A DNA stretch of 64,000 nucleotides, taken from positions 112,654,001 through 112,718,000 of the forward strand of contig NC_043001.1 of assembly GCF_006345805.1 (NCBI RefSeq). The letters run 5' to 3'. This document shows positions 26,050 through 38,685 of the stretch, piece by piece; positions within the stretch are counted from its first letter, which is position 1; every line of letters starts with the position of its first letter. The DNA comes from Octopus sinensis. Its lineage: Eukaryota. Both the position numbers and the translations under genes were made by a program. The notes below the pieces were generated by a model that worked only from the letters and a program-made list of their open reading frames with translations, had not been told where the DNA came from and searched no databases.

Positions 26050-26385
26050 GGAGGAGGTGAGACCCACTTCGGTCATGAATGACCATGGGATTGCACCTTG
26101 AAAGTTACCCTCCGCGGCACAAGTCCGGGCAAGGTTGTTTATGGAAGGCCAGCAGTCGCGCATGCATACCAGCCCCCACTCTCCACACCACTGATATTAT
26201 CCAAGAAGGCCGATACAGCTTGGCACCAGTGATATCGCAACTCATTTCTACAGCTGAGTGAACTGGAGGAACGTGAAATAAAGTGTCTTGCTCAGGAACA
26301 CAACACGCAGCCCGGTCCGAGAATCGAACTCCCAGCCTCACGATCGTAAGCTCGACGCTCTAACTACTGAGCCATGCGCCTTCAC
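26050..26385 (-). mobile_element. SINE with family C-type tRNA head and CORE-like middle, different 3' tail
   Basis: ggcgcatggctcagtagttagagc...gagcaagacactttatttcacg...ggtgccaagctgtatcgg...ggtcattcatgaccgaag. Confidence 0.85.
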
Positions 26386-26402
26386 ATTATTATTATTATT
26401 AT

Positions 26403-26470
<68 letters not shown>

Positions 26471-26785
26471 CAGTAGTAGTAGTATGATTAAAGTGGGCCT
26501 ATACTGAACACTTGGGCCCGTTAATATAGCGTCTGGTTTTGGAGAAGACTTCTCCATTTGATGTCGAAACTGGTCCCTTCGTATGTTCTCTTGAAAAACT
26601 GCACCTCTTAAAAAAACTTTAGAACCTCTAACGAATACGTAAATTCCAGCGAAAGATTTTTTTTTTGTATGTCTACATTTTAAGAAATACATCTTGTCGG
26701 AATTTAAAAGTAGGCCACTGGATATTAGGTAAACCATTAACATCTTGCTGACGTCTGTTTGCCATCGAACTATTATAACGTTAGT

Positions 26786-27169
26786 GTGGAGGCGCAATGG
26801 CCCAGTGGTTAGGACAGCGGACTCGCGGTCATAAGATCGCGGTTTCGATTCCCAGACCGGGCATTGTGAGTGTTTATTGAGCGAAAACACCTAAAGCTCC
26901 ACGAGGCTCCAGCAGGGGATGGTGGTTATCCCTGCTGTACTCTTTCACCACAACTTTCTCTCACTCTTACTTCCTGTTTCTGTTGTACCTGTATTTCAAA
27001 AGGGCCGGCCTTGTCACTCTCTGTGTCACGCTGAATATCCCCGAGAACTACGTTAAGGGTACACGTGTCTGTGGAGTGCTCAGCCACTTACACGTTAATT
27101 TCACGAGCAGGCTGTTCCGTTGATCGGATCAACTGGAACCCTCGTCGTCGTAACCGACGGAGTGCTTCC
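26786..27169 (+). mobile_element. SINE family C, full length, 11-bp TSD
   Basis: ataacgttagt at 26775-26785 and 27170-27180; near-identical to 12434-12815. Confidence 0.95.
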
Positions 27170-27337
27170 ATAACGTTAGTTATCTCCCTTGTGTTCTTCT
27201 TCTTGTCTTCTTCTTTAGCAGCGTCTCTTGTTTAAACGTTACTTGCTCTGAAGACAGCTGAGAAACGGTCTTGGAAAATGGCGAAATAAATTATTATTTC
27301 GACCCGGAAATTCTGGGTGTCTATAATTAACAAGATT

Positions 27338-27746
27338 ACTCTTTACTCTTTTACTCTTTTACATGTTTCAGTCATTTGACTGCGGCCATGCTGGAGCACC
27401 GCCTTTTAGTCGAGCAAATCGACCCCGGGACTTATTCTTTGTAAGCCCAGTACTTATTCTATCGGTCTCCTTTGCCGAACCGCTAAGTGACGGGGACGTA
27501 AACACACCAGCGTCAGTTGTCAAGCAATGCTAGGGGGACAAACACAGACACACAAACACATACATATATATATATACATATATACGACGGGCTTCTTTCA
27601 GTTTCCGTCTACCAAATCTATTCACAAGGCATTGGTCGGCCCGGGGCTATAACAGAAGACACTTGCCCAAGATGCCACGCAGTGGGACTGAACCCGGAAC
27701 CATGTGGTTGGTTAGCAAGCTACTTACCACACAGCCACTCCTGCGC
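27338..27746 (-). mobile_element. SINE family B, full length
   Basis: Head gcgcaggagtggctgtgtggtaag, internal (TA/TG)n, tail (aaaagagt)n. Confidence 0.92.
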
Positions 27747-28677
27747 TTAGTGACTTTTTATTAAAACATTATCTTAACCTCTTAGCTGATCGACTGCTTT
27801 TCTACTTGTTGAAGTATTACTACGTAATTATAATTATATATATGTATAATTATAATTATAGATAGATAGATGTTCATACATATATTTATATACATGTATG
27901 TGTGTATATGTGTATCCGTGGAAGTATATAACAAAATAATAGTGAAAACCTGAGTGACAATTATCGTTAAGGGGAATAGAACAGAAGAATAGACGTGAAT
28001 AAATCTAATTCGTCACGCAAGTTTTTCTGTAGTCATTAGGATTTTGGAACAGGAAAAACTTGGTATCGTTCGTCTGGGAAACAAAATGGGGTCATGTATA
28101 ACAACTGGAAACACATATATGCATGCATACATGTATATATAGTTGTGTGTGTGTATGTATGTGTATGTACATATGCATGTGTGTGTGTGTGTGTGTATTT
28201 TAATGTACGTAATATAATAATATATTAGATAAGCTGTTAGTATGGGGGTGGAAAGCTATTATGAATTTGAACAGCACCTCCCACTGAGAATCTAACTGCA
28301 AGATTCCACCCGTGAGTGAACATGGGACAGCATGCCAGTGTCTGGGTAGGAACTTAATTGGACTTCGGCTACACCATCATCGACCCATCCCCACTCCAAC
28401 ATAAGCATCACCAGCATCAGCATCAACAGCAACAAGACTTACCAGCCCTGCATACACCATCAATACAACGGTAGAAAGAGTGAGGTCAGACAACCTTGAA
28501 TTGTAAGGTGAAAGGTTGGACTGGTTGGAGGGTGGGGGCGGTTGTTGCTATGTATGGTTACAGTTGACTGAACACATAGTTGCAGCGAACAGAATCTGCT
28601 ATACGGAACAATGAACATTCATATACAAATGTAGGTGTGATAGGATTGCCTTAATTACGATCTTTCAACCTACTTAT

Positions 28678-28681
28678 CTCA

Positions 28682-28751
<70 letters not shown>

Positions 28752-28810
28752 TATATATATATATTTATACATATAATCTGCCTCTCTCCATCTATGTCTG
28801 TCTATCTATG

Positions 28811-28869
<59 letters not shown>

Positions 28870-28912
28870 TTATCTATCTATCTGTCTATCTATCTATCCA
28901 TCCATCTATCTA

Positions 28913-28967
<55 letters not shown>

Positions 28968-29092
28968 GTCTGTCTGTCTGTCTGTTTTCTGTCTCTCTGT
29001 GTCCCTTTCTCTCTCAATCTTCCTCCTCACTCTTTCTCTCTCTCTCTCTCTCTCTCTCATGCATCTATCTGTATTGTCTATCTATCTATCTA

Positions 29093-29126
<34 letters not shown>

Positions 29127-29148
29127 GTCTATCTATCTATCTGTCTGC

Positions 29149-29179
<31 letters not shown>

Positions 29180-29200
29180 ATCTATCTATCTATCTATCTA
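28678..29200 (+). repeat. (TATC)n/(TGTC)n array
   Basis: Direct reading. Confidence 0.95.
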
Positions 29201-29940
29201 TCCTAAAATGTGCAGATATATTAATTGCAAAGATGAACAGAAGTCGTATTCATGTAAATAGATGCGATTCCCATTTTCCAATTACGTATATGTGTTTTTA
29301 TATGCGCTTTGCATGAATACATATATTCATATACATACATATATATGTATATATGTATATACATATGTGTACGCGTATACATACATGCATACATACATAC
29401 GTACATATACATATATATGTATGTATTTATGTATTTATACATATAATGTTGATGACCATGTGTATTAAGGGGGAATGATTGTGTGTCTCTATAGTAAACA
29501 GCTTTCCATTTCATTTGTTCGTTAAGTCAATCGTAACATTAGACAAACTATGACCCATGCGTGTTTCACACACGCATGCGCACTATACATAAAGGGTCAC
29601 GGTTTTACGCTAGACATGCCCTATTTGCAGGCGTCCAACTCTTCGTACAATAGGCATAGACGCATACATGTGTACGTATTATACACACACATGCACATAT
29701 ATACGTATATATATATATATGTGTGTGTGTGTGTGCTTATAATAATATATGTATATACATACATGTATGCATATGTATTGGTAGGCGTGGTTGTGTGGTT
29801 CAGACATTGGCTTCGCAACCAAATGGACCCGTGTTGGATCCCACTGCGAGGCACCTTGGAAAATTGTCTTCTGTCAAAGCTTTGTGTTGATCAAAACTTG
29901 TGAGGGGTATTCGAGAGGCAGAACTGTGTTCTCGCATATA

Positions 29941-29981
<41 letters not shown>

Positions 29982-30210
29982 TAATAAGGGTAAAATCATT
30001 AATTTATTAATTAATAATTTTACCAAGTAGTTTCGGCATGTTAAAAGAACCATTTCAGTAAATTTAAACAATAATTTTTATAATTATGAGTATAATTCTA
30101 AATTTCGGTATGTGGTGAAGCAAATTTTTTTGCTGAACCCTAATTATAATTATACCCATAATTATAAAAATTATATATATATATATATATACGCACACAC
30201 ACACACTCAG

Positions 30211-30247
<37 letters not shown>

Positions 30248-30889
30248 AATTAATATAAATAGCCATGAGCAATGTCGTATCATAAAGGAAAAATATATTC
30301 GTCACTAAATGCGTGTAAGGGTGTTTAATTATAATTGTACAATGAGATTTTTTAAACATCGATTTGCTACGATGGTCCATCCAAGTAAAATAGGAATCAA
30401 AGGAGTCCATAAGTAAAATAAAACTGGTTGAGAACCCCTGGTTAAGAGTATGTGGTGATATTTAGCTCAAATATATTCTTCGATTTGTCTGCAAATATGT
30501 AGACGTTGGGATTCTTTAAAGGTTGTATGTAGTTATGTGAAGTGTTTCTTCAGAAGTCTGTGTTTTGTCGAAATTTTTTTTTTATTAGTTTCGGGTTCAG
30601 AATATTCCGGTATCAATAAATTAAGTAGCAACAATGTATTGCTGAGAAGGGTCATTTTAATCGACGATATCCGCTTTCCTTTTCTAAATGTGTGACCTTG
30701 TCTTGTATCTGGAAGGCAGAGTTACAGACACGGTCAAAGATCGGACTGAGTCTTCTTCCTCTTTGGCGGTTTTTCTATTTGATGGGTCAGCTTAGAGATA
30801 AAGATACTCATACAGATAGAGACAGATTGTGTGTATGAGGGAAAGAGGGGAGAGAGAGAAAGAGTGACAAAGATTGTATATGTGTGTAA

Positions 30890-31080
30890 ATAAAAGGATA
30901 GCTTTATGAAAATAAACAAAAGACGAAGGCAGGTTTACGGAAATAAACAAAAGACGAAGGCAGGTGGAATACAAACAAACAATTGTATTAGTATGGCGCT
31001 CAGGAATATAAATAAAACAAGTCTTTTACGTTTCGAGCCTACGCTCTTCAACAGAAAGATACACAGAAAAGAAACACGGA
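30890..31080 (-). mobile_element. Penelope-like pLTR fragment with hammerhead-like motif at 31022-31059
   Basis: Minus strand reads tcttt-CTGTTGA-A-gagc(gtag)gctc-GAAACGTA-aaaga. Confidence 0.5.
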
Positions 31081-31344
31081 TATGTATGTATGTGTTGCGC
31101 TGACAACAATATAGGCTGTTACAGGTAGATAGACAATCAATACTAATTTGGTCTCGGTTTACTTACTCTCACAGGTGTGTCAATTCATTTGCTCTCCGGT
31201 AACTTGGGTTCGAATTGTATCATACCCAGCCCATTACATCATGGAACAGATCGACCGCAATACTCAACCTGTTCTCTATTTTATCGACTCTAGTAAAATG
31301 AGCGGCAAATTTGACCATAATACAATTTTAACTCAAAATATAAA

Positions 31345-31765
31345 GGCGCAGGAGTGGCTGTGTGGTAAGTAGCTTGCTAACCAACCACATGGTTCCGGGT
31401 TCAGTCCCACTGCGTGGCATCTTGGGCAAGTGTCTTCTGCTATAGCCCCGGGCCGACCAATGCCTTGTGAGTGGATTTGGTAGACGGAAACTGAAAGAAG
31501 CCTGTCGTATATATGTTTATATATATATATGTGTGTGTGTGTATGTCTGTGTTTGTCCCCCTAGCATTGCTTGACAACCGATGCTGGTGTGTTTACGTCC
31601 CCGTTACTTAGCGGTTCGGCAAAAGAGACCGATAGAATAAGTACTGGGTTTAAAAAGAATAAGTCCCGGGGTCGATTTGCTCGACTAAAGGCGGTGCTCC
31701 GGCATGGCCGCAGTCAAATGACTGAAACAAGTAAAAGAATAAAAGAATAAAAGAAAGAATAAAAG
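31345..31765 (+). mobile_element. SINE family B, full length
   Basis: tRNA-like head ggcgcaggagtggctgtgtgg...ggttcagtccc, tail cagtcaaatgactgaaacaagt(aaaagaat)n. Confidence 0.92.
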
Positions 31766-31995
31766 TGTCTGTCTAAATACCACAAGGCATTTAGTTGGAT
31801 GCTATGACGATTCCACTAACCCGCCAATAACAATAATGATTCTAATATAGATACAAGACCAGGAAAGAGACAGTCGACTACATCGGCCATAGTATTTTCT
31901 CTTTTATTTTTGTCGTTTTCAACTCTGAAAAAAAATGAAAGAGTAACGTCGACCTCAACTGGATTTGAACTTATAACGTAAACAGCCGGTACCAA

Positions 31996-32576
31996 CGGAG
32001 AGCTGGCAGAAACGTTAGCACGCCGGGCGAAATGCTTAGCGGTATTTCGTCTGCGTTGCGTTCTGAGTTCAAATTCCGCCGAGGTCGACTTTGCCTTTCA
32101 TCCTTTCGGGGTCGATAAATTAAGTACCACTTACGCACTGGGGTCAAATAGGTATGTCTGTCCTTGTTTGTCTGTCCTTGTTTGTGGGTAATAAAGAAAT
32201 AGGTATTTCGCTTGTCGTTACGTTCTGAGTTCAAATTCCACCGAGGTCGACTTTGCCTTTCATCCTTTCGGGGTCGATAAATTAAGTACCACTTACGCAC
32301 TGGGGTCGATGTAATCGACTTAATACCTATGTATATCCTTGTTTGTCCCTTCTGTGTTTAGCCCCTTGTGGGTAATAAAGAAATAGGTATTTCGCTTGTC
32401 ATTACGTTGTGAGTTCAAATTCCGCCGAGGTTGACTTTGCCTTTCATCCTTTCGGGGTCGATAAATTAAGTACCAGTTACGCACTGGGGTCGATGTAATC
32501 GACTTAATACCTATGTCTGTCCTTGTTTGTTCCCTCTATGTTTAGCCCCTTGTGGGTAATAAAGAAATAGGTATTT
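31996..32576 (+). mobile_element. SINE family A head-to-tail trimer, 184-bp period
   Basis: Junction aaagaaataggtattt at 32202, 32386 and 32570. Confidence 0.92.
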
Positions 32577-32816
32577 GTGCCGGCCGACATTCTACCGATT
32601 CTGCCATTCCATTGTTCCCCAGTTACAGTTCTTTAGGCTCTGAGTTCAAATCTCACTGAAGATGATAAAATATACACCAATCATGGACTGAAGAGATTAA
32701 ATGGACTACACCTGTGTCTCTTTTATTTTACTCATCAGTCAAAGTTAGGCAACTACGTTGTTCTCGCCATCTTTATTATTATTGTTACTGTTGTTGTTGT
32801 TTCGTTGAAGTTGTTG

Positions 32817-33037
32817 GGTTTATTATTTATGTTATTATTGTTATTATTGATATTATTATTGTTATTGTTACTTTATTATTGTTATTATTGTTTTCGTTAT
32901 TATTGCAAAAATTATTAATGCAGAAATTTCAACAAATCAACATTGCAATTTCAACTACTCGTGGGTTTTTTTTTTGAGATTTTTTTAAGCAGGTTTCCAT
33001 AACAACAATAATGATGATGAGGATGATGATGATGATG

Positions 33038-33085
<48 letters not shown>
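32817..33085 (+). repeat. Left arm of ~250-bp inverted duplication
   Basis: Reverse complement of 36199-36449, including the unique core caactactcgtggg...gcaggtttcca. Confidence 0.92.
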
Positions 33086-33092
<7 letters not shown>

Positions 33093-33884
33093 TAATAATA
33101 ATAATGAGAATGACGACGACGATGACTTTTTTCTTAGTTTCATATTCAAAATGAGATTAAATTCTTCCACTAACACGCATACACACAAACGTACAAATAT
33201 ACACACATACATGCACGCGAATATACATATAAGTACACATATAAATCAACACATTCATACATATGTATACACACACACACACACAGCAATATATATACAC
33301 ACATGACACGTCGAGACACTATTGTACACTACACTACACTATGCAACATACCATGCATACCACACATAAGATACATATTTACAACAATGGACATAAATCT
33401 AACTGTAGGAGCAGCGGATGGGTGCGTGCGACGGCGGTAGGGGTCACGGTGGGGGCGGCGGTGCAGTGACAGGCTTGAAATATCGTTGCTGTTCTAGGAC
33501 AGACAACTGAGCGAGTCTGGAATTTGGAAGACGACACAAGCTGTTGGATATGGAATGGGAAGATATTGGCTGCTGGGTTTTGGGAATAGGAAGACACTGC
33601 CTACTGGGATTTAAATGAAAAGCACTGACTGTTCGGGGTCTTAATGCGGAAAGCCACTGGTTGTTGGATATTATAGGGGAAAGGCATTGGAGTGTTGGGT
33701 CTTAAACCCTTTTTCTTTTCTTTTTTTTTTCTTTTTTTTTTTGTTACAGCGGAAATCAGATACAGCCACTCAAAATTTCATTACCCTTGGCTACGGAAAA
33801 ACAGTTTTATATACTAATCTATCTTTTGTTGAGGAATGTTAAGTTTGGAATTATCTTCTTTTTTTTTATTGGGATATAGGTGCC

Positions 33885-34470
33885 GGAGTGGCTGTGTGGT
33901 AAGAAGTTTGCTTCCCAGTGCATGACTCCGGATTCAGTCCCACTGTGTGACACCTTGGTCACTGTAGCCTCAGGCCGACCAAAACCTTGTGAGACGGAAA
34001 CTCGGTATACAATAGGCATACACGCATACATATGTATACATTATACACACATATGCACATATATACATATGTACACACATATGTGTGTGTGTGTAGACGG
34101 AAACTAAAAAAGAAGCCCGTAGTAGATTAAAGTAAAAAATGCAAAAGCAAAACATTTAGCATCACTCGAAAAAGACATTTAATTCAGATAGAGAATATAA
34201 ATCTCTGTGTGTGTGTGTGTGTGGTGTGTGTGTGTGTGTGTGTGTGTGTTTGTTTGTTTGTGTGCGTGTGACCACCGTTTGACAACCGGTGTGTTGGTGT
34301 GTTTACGTCCCTGTGACTTAGCAGTTGGGCAAAAGGTACTTATAGAAAAAATACCAGGCTTTAAAGAAAAAACAGATTATAAGTACAGGGGTGGATTAGT
34401 TCTTCAAGACGGTGCCCCAGCATAGCCGCGGTCTAATGACTAAAACAAGTAAAACAAATAAAAGATAAAA
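33885..34470 (+). mobile_element. SINE family B with expanded internal microsatellite
   Basis: Head ggagtggctgtgtggtaag, 3' part gacaaccggtg...ccgcggtctaatgact. Confidence 0.75.
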
Positions 34471-34559
34471 GATCTGTCAAATTTTCTGCGGCAACATTTC
34501 TTGCAGAAAATACCAATTCTATTTCTTGGTAGACATTTAACATCATTCTTAAAATAAAG

Positions 34560-35275
34560 GCTGCGAGCTGGCAGAATCGTTAGCACGCCGCAAAAATGAT
34601 TAGTGTTATTTCGTTCGTCTTTACGTTCTGTGTTCAAATTCCGCAGAGGTCGACTTTGCCTTTCATCGATTAAATAAGTACCAGTTACGTACTGCAGTCG
34701 ATGTAATCAACTTTCAGGCCTTGTGCCTATAGTTGAAAAGATTATCAAAATAGCCATAAAATTTAATTCTACAGTTAAAGCGAAAAGAGACTGGTTTATG
34801 TTTTATGTTTTCTAGTTTCAGCTCTTCAGCTGTGACCATGCTGGGGCACCGTCATTAAAAGTTAGTTTCTTATTTCTTTATTACCCACAAGGGGGCTAAA
34901 CTTAGAGGGGACAAACAAGGGATTAAGTCGATTACATGGACTCCAGTGCGTAACTGGTACTTATTTAATCGACTCCGAAAGGATGAAAGGCAAAGTCGAC
35001 CTCGGCGAAATTTGAACTCAGAACGTAACGACAAACGAAATGCCTATTTCTTTACTACCCACAAGGGGCTAAACACAGAGGGGACAAACAAGGACAGACA
35101 TAGGTATTAAGTCGATTACATCGACCCCAGTGCGTAGCTGGTACTTAATTTATCGACCCCGAAAGGATGAAAGGCAAAGTCGACCTCGGCGAAATTTGAA
35201 CTCAGAACGTAACGACAAACGAAATACCGCTAAGCATTTCGCCCGGCGTGCTAACGATTCTGCCAGCTCGCCGTT
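34560..35275. mobile_element. SINE family A: plus copy (34560-34745) and convergent minus dimer (34868-35275)
   Basis: Same junction type as the 32-kb trimer, read on the minus strand at ~35040 (aaagaaataggcatttcg). Confidence 0.88.
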
Positions 35276-35447
35276 GTTGGGTTTCAAAGAAGAAAACACT
35301 TTCTGTTGCGTGTTAAAGTGAAAAAGATTGGTTTTTAGATTCTAAAGTGGAAAGGCATTCTGCTGTTGGGTTTCAAACTGGACCGAAATATAGCAATAGA
35401 TAAATTGCTGCTGGGATCCCAGCTATGAGTTAATTAGCATGTGAAAT

Positions 35448-35835
35448 GGAGGCGCAATGGCCCAGTGGTTAGGGCAGCGCACTCGCGGTCGGAGGATCGC
35501 GGTTTCGATTCCCAGACCGGGCATTGTGAGTATTTATTGAGCGAAAACACCTAAAAAAGCTCCACGAGGCTCCGGCAGGGGGTGGTGGTGAACCCTGCTG
35601 TACTCTTTCACCACAACTTTCTCTCGCTCTTTCTTCTTGTTTCTCTTGTACCTGTATTTCAAAGGGCCAGCCTTGTCACTCTCTGTGTCACGCTGAATAT
35701 CCCCGAGAACTACGTTAAGGGTACACGTGTCTGTGGAGTGCTCAGCCACTTGCACGTTAATATCACGAGCAAGCTGTTCCGTTGATCGTATCAGCTGGGA
35801 CCCTCATCGTCGCAACCGACGGAGTGCTCCTATTA
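35448..35835 (+). mobile_element. SINE family C, full length, 13-bp TSD
   Basis: tagcatgtgaaat at 35435-35447 and 35836-35848. Confidence 0.95.
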
Positions 35836-36198
35836 TAGCATGTGAAATACTTGGAGTGAAGGAGCCCGCCCCCAGCTTTCGTTAGTACTTCCTTCTAGGA
35901 GAAGGTAAAACTTGTATAGCAATAACCTGGAGTATTGTTGGTTTCTGATCCTCTCAACCTCTTGTGGTGCCACTGGTTTTTCAGCTGTCTGCGAGGAAAA
36001 GGAATTTCAGCGCTGTGCAGCATTTACTTACTTTATTCACTCAAAACAAATTCACGCACAGGAACTTCCTCGACTGTCGGAATTTTTTTGCACGGACTCA
36101 ATGAGTACTGTGTTTACGACGTGGTCTTACTCAGTTACGAGTTAACTTCCACCATACCTACATATATTATTTATATAATAATATAGTTCCATTATTAT

Positions 36199-36211
36199 TA
36201 TTATTATTATG

Positions 36212-36243
<32 letters not shown>

Positions 36244-36449
36244 CATCATCATCATCCTCATCATCATTATTGTTGTCATGGAAACCTGCTTAAAAAAATC
36301 TCAAACAAAACCCACGAGTAGTTGAAATTGCAAATGTTGATTTCTGCATAAATATTGCAATAATAACGAAAACAATAATTACAATAATAAAGTAACAATA
36401 ACAATAATAATAATATCAATAATAACAATAATAACATAAATAATAAACC
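36199..36449 (-). repeat. Right arm of ~250-bp inverted duplication
   Basis: Reverse complement of 32817-33085. Confidence 0.92.
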
Positions 36450-36519
36450 TAAACAATTGACTGAAAAAAGATGGGCTGAACATCAATGCTTACATGGCTC
36501 CGTACGCGGCCACATAGCT

Positions 36520-36748
36520 CTAGTCTGGTGGCAGACACGTTAGCGCACCGGGTGAAATGCTTAGCGGTATTTCGTCTGTCGTTACGTTCTGAGTTCAAAT
36601 TCCGCCGAGGTCAACTTTGCCTTTCATCCTTTCGGGGTCGATAAATGAAGTACCAGTTTCGCACTGGGGACGATATAATCGACTCAATCTCTTCGTCTGT
36701 CCTTGTTTGTCTCCTTTATGTTTAGCCCCTTGTGGGCAATAAAGAAAT
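36520..36748 (+). mobile_element. SINE family A, tail type 1
   Basis: tggcagacacgttagcgc...gtgggcaataaagaaat. Confidence 0.88.
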
Positions 36749-36949
36749 CATATATTTATTTATAAATTTGTATGTATGTATGCATACACACACACACATA
36801 CACACACACACACACACATACACACACACACACACACGTACACGCATGAATATTCATCGTCTGAAAATGTACAGGCTTTGCTTTCTCTATTTACATGTAT
36901 ACGTGTATATATATTTCGTATTTCTAACCCAAACAGTTTTATCTCTCTT

Positions 36950-36999
<50 letters not shown>

Positions 37000-37539
37000 T
37001 CTTCCTACACACACACACACACACACACACATACACATACACACTTATATATTAAGAGAATGAGAGTAATTGCTATAAATCCAATTCACACCAATAAAAT
37101 AAATAACGATTATAAATACAATAATTGGTATCAAGCATTTTGTGCGGCTATCGCATAACGGCTTTAAAAGTACTTTACAAATTTGGTACCATTCTTCCGC
37201 GTGTCTTTTAGTAAAACCTCAGATGACTTATTCAATAAAAACGGCCATCAGTGTGATTAAAGCTTGTATTAGTTACCAACCAACTTTGCCGGTCACTAAC
37301 AGAAAGTGCCTTTTCAGCATCAGTCCAAAAGCAAACATTTCGTCTGTCACTAACAATGTCTGACACTGTTTACAGATGAGACCAATATTTATTCAACAGA
37401 CCACACATGTTGACATTGCCAAACTAAATTTCTCAGTCACTGAAACAACGACAAAACGCGTACACACAAACACACACGCACGCACGGACATTTTCTCTCG
37501 TCTGATTTTTACGTTGTTCTTGTTAATACTACAGTTGAC

Positions 37540-38560
37540 CTTTTATTTTATCTCCTTGTTGCTACTGTTGTTGTTGTTGTTGTTGTTGTTGATTTTTTTC
37601 TTCTTCCTTTTCTTCACTATACTTCTTGTCCAGTTTTCTTTTACTCTCGCATTTTCTTCAATTTTCTCTTTCTCTCTTTCCTACTTCATTCTTACCTCCT
37701 TCTTCGTTTTCTCCTTCGACAGCTTTTCATTTCTTCTTACTTTTCTTCATCTACTTATTCCCGACTCTTCATTTTCTTTCTCCTTTTCTTCTATTAGTTA
37801 ATCTACCTTTTCTCTTTTTCTCTTTCCTTCTTCATTCTTACCTCTTTCTTCGTTTTCTCCTTCGACAGCTTTTCATTTCTCTTCTACCTTTTTCTTTTTC
37901 TCCTTATCTTCTTCCCTTTTCCCATCTTTCTTCACCCCCACCTCCCTCACTCTCACTTTCTCCATCTTTCTTCTTATTCACATTAATCACTTCTTTCATT
38001 TTCTCCCCCCCCCCACCTACCACCTACCTTTTGTCTTCTGTTGCGAGTCTTCTCATTTATCCAAACTTCTTCTTCTTCTTCGTCTTCTTCTTCTTCTTCG
38101 TTTCTCTTCTTCTTCTTCTTCTTTTTTCTTCTTCTTCTTCTTCTTTTCTTCTCTTCTTTCTTCTTCTTCTTCTTCTTCTTTATCTCTCTTCTTCTTTTTT
38201 CTTCTTTATTCTTCTTCTTTTTTCTTCTTTTCTTCTTCTCTCTTCTTCTTCTTCTCCTTCTTCTTCTTTTTCTTCTTCTTTCTTCTTCTTCTTCTTCTTC
38301 TTCCTTCTACATACTCCTCTTCTTTTCCTCCTCATCCCCTCATTCCTTTCCTCCTCCTCCTATGCATTCCTCTTCTTTTTCTCCACCTCCAAGTTTTCCT
38401 TCTTTTTCTTCTTTTCTACATATTTCCCTTCATCTTTCCTCCTCCATCCCCTCTTCCCCTTTCTTCCTCATCTTCCTCCTCTTCTCTTCCTTCTCTTCTT
38501 TTCTTCTCTCTTATTTCTATTCACCGGTTCTCTTCTTTATTTTCTTTGTCTGCTTTTCTC
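37540..38560 (+). repeat. ~1-kb polypyrimidine/(CTT)n tract with an internal 146-bp-spaced duplication
   Basis: cttcattcttacctc...ttcgacagcttttcatttct at 37684 and 37830. Confidence 0.9.
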
Positions 38561-38685
38561 TTCTTGACGTTGTTGTTGCTTTTGATGATGACAGTGATGA
38601 TGACAGTGATGATGATGGTGATGATGATGGTGATGATGATGATGATGGTGACGGTGTTTTTGTTGTTATTACTATTGCCGAAGAC

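Noticed and set aside
28440-28520. Possible minus-strand exon (CTG|GTAAGT donor, C-rich acceptor)
   Set aside because: The peptide is unrecognisable and no partner exons were found; such sites occur by chance in 64 kb.
30350-30442. hAT element ending ggttgagaacccctg
   Set aside because: Only one TIR-like end is visible and no left end or TSD was found.
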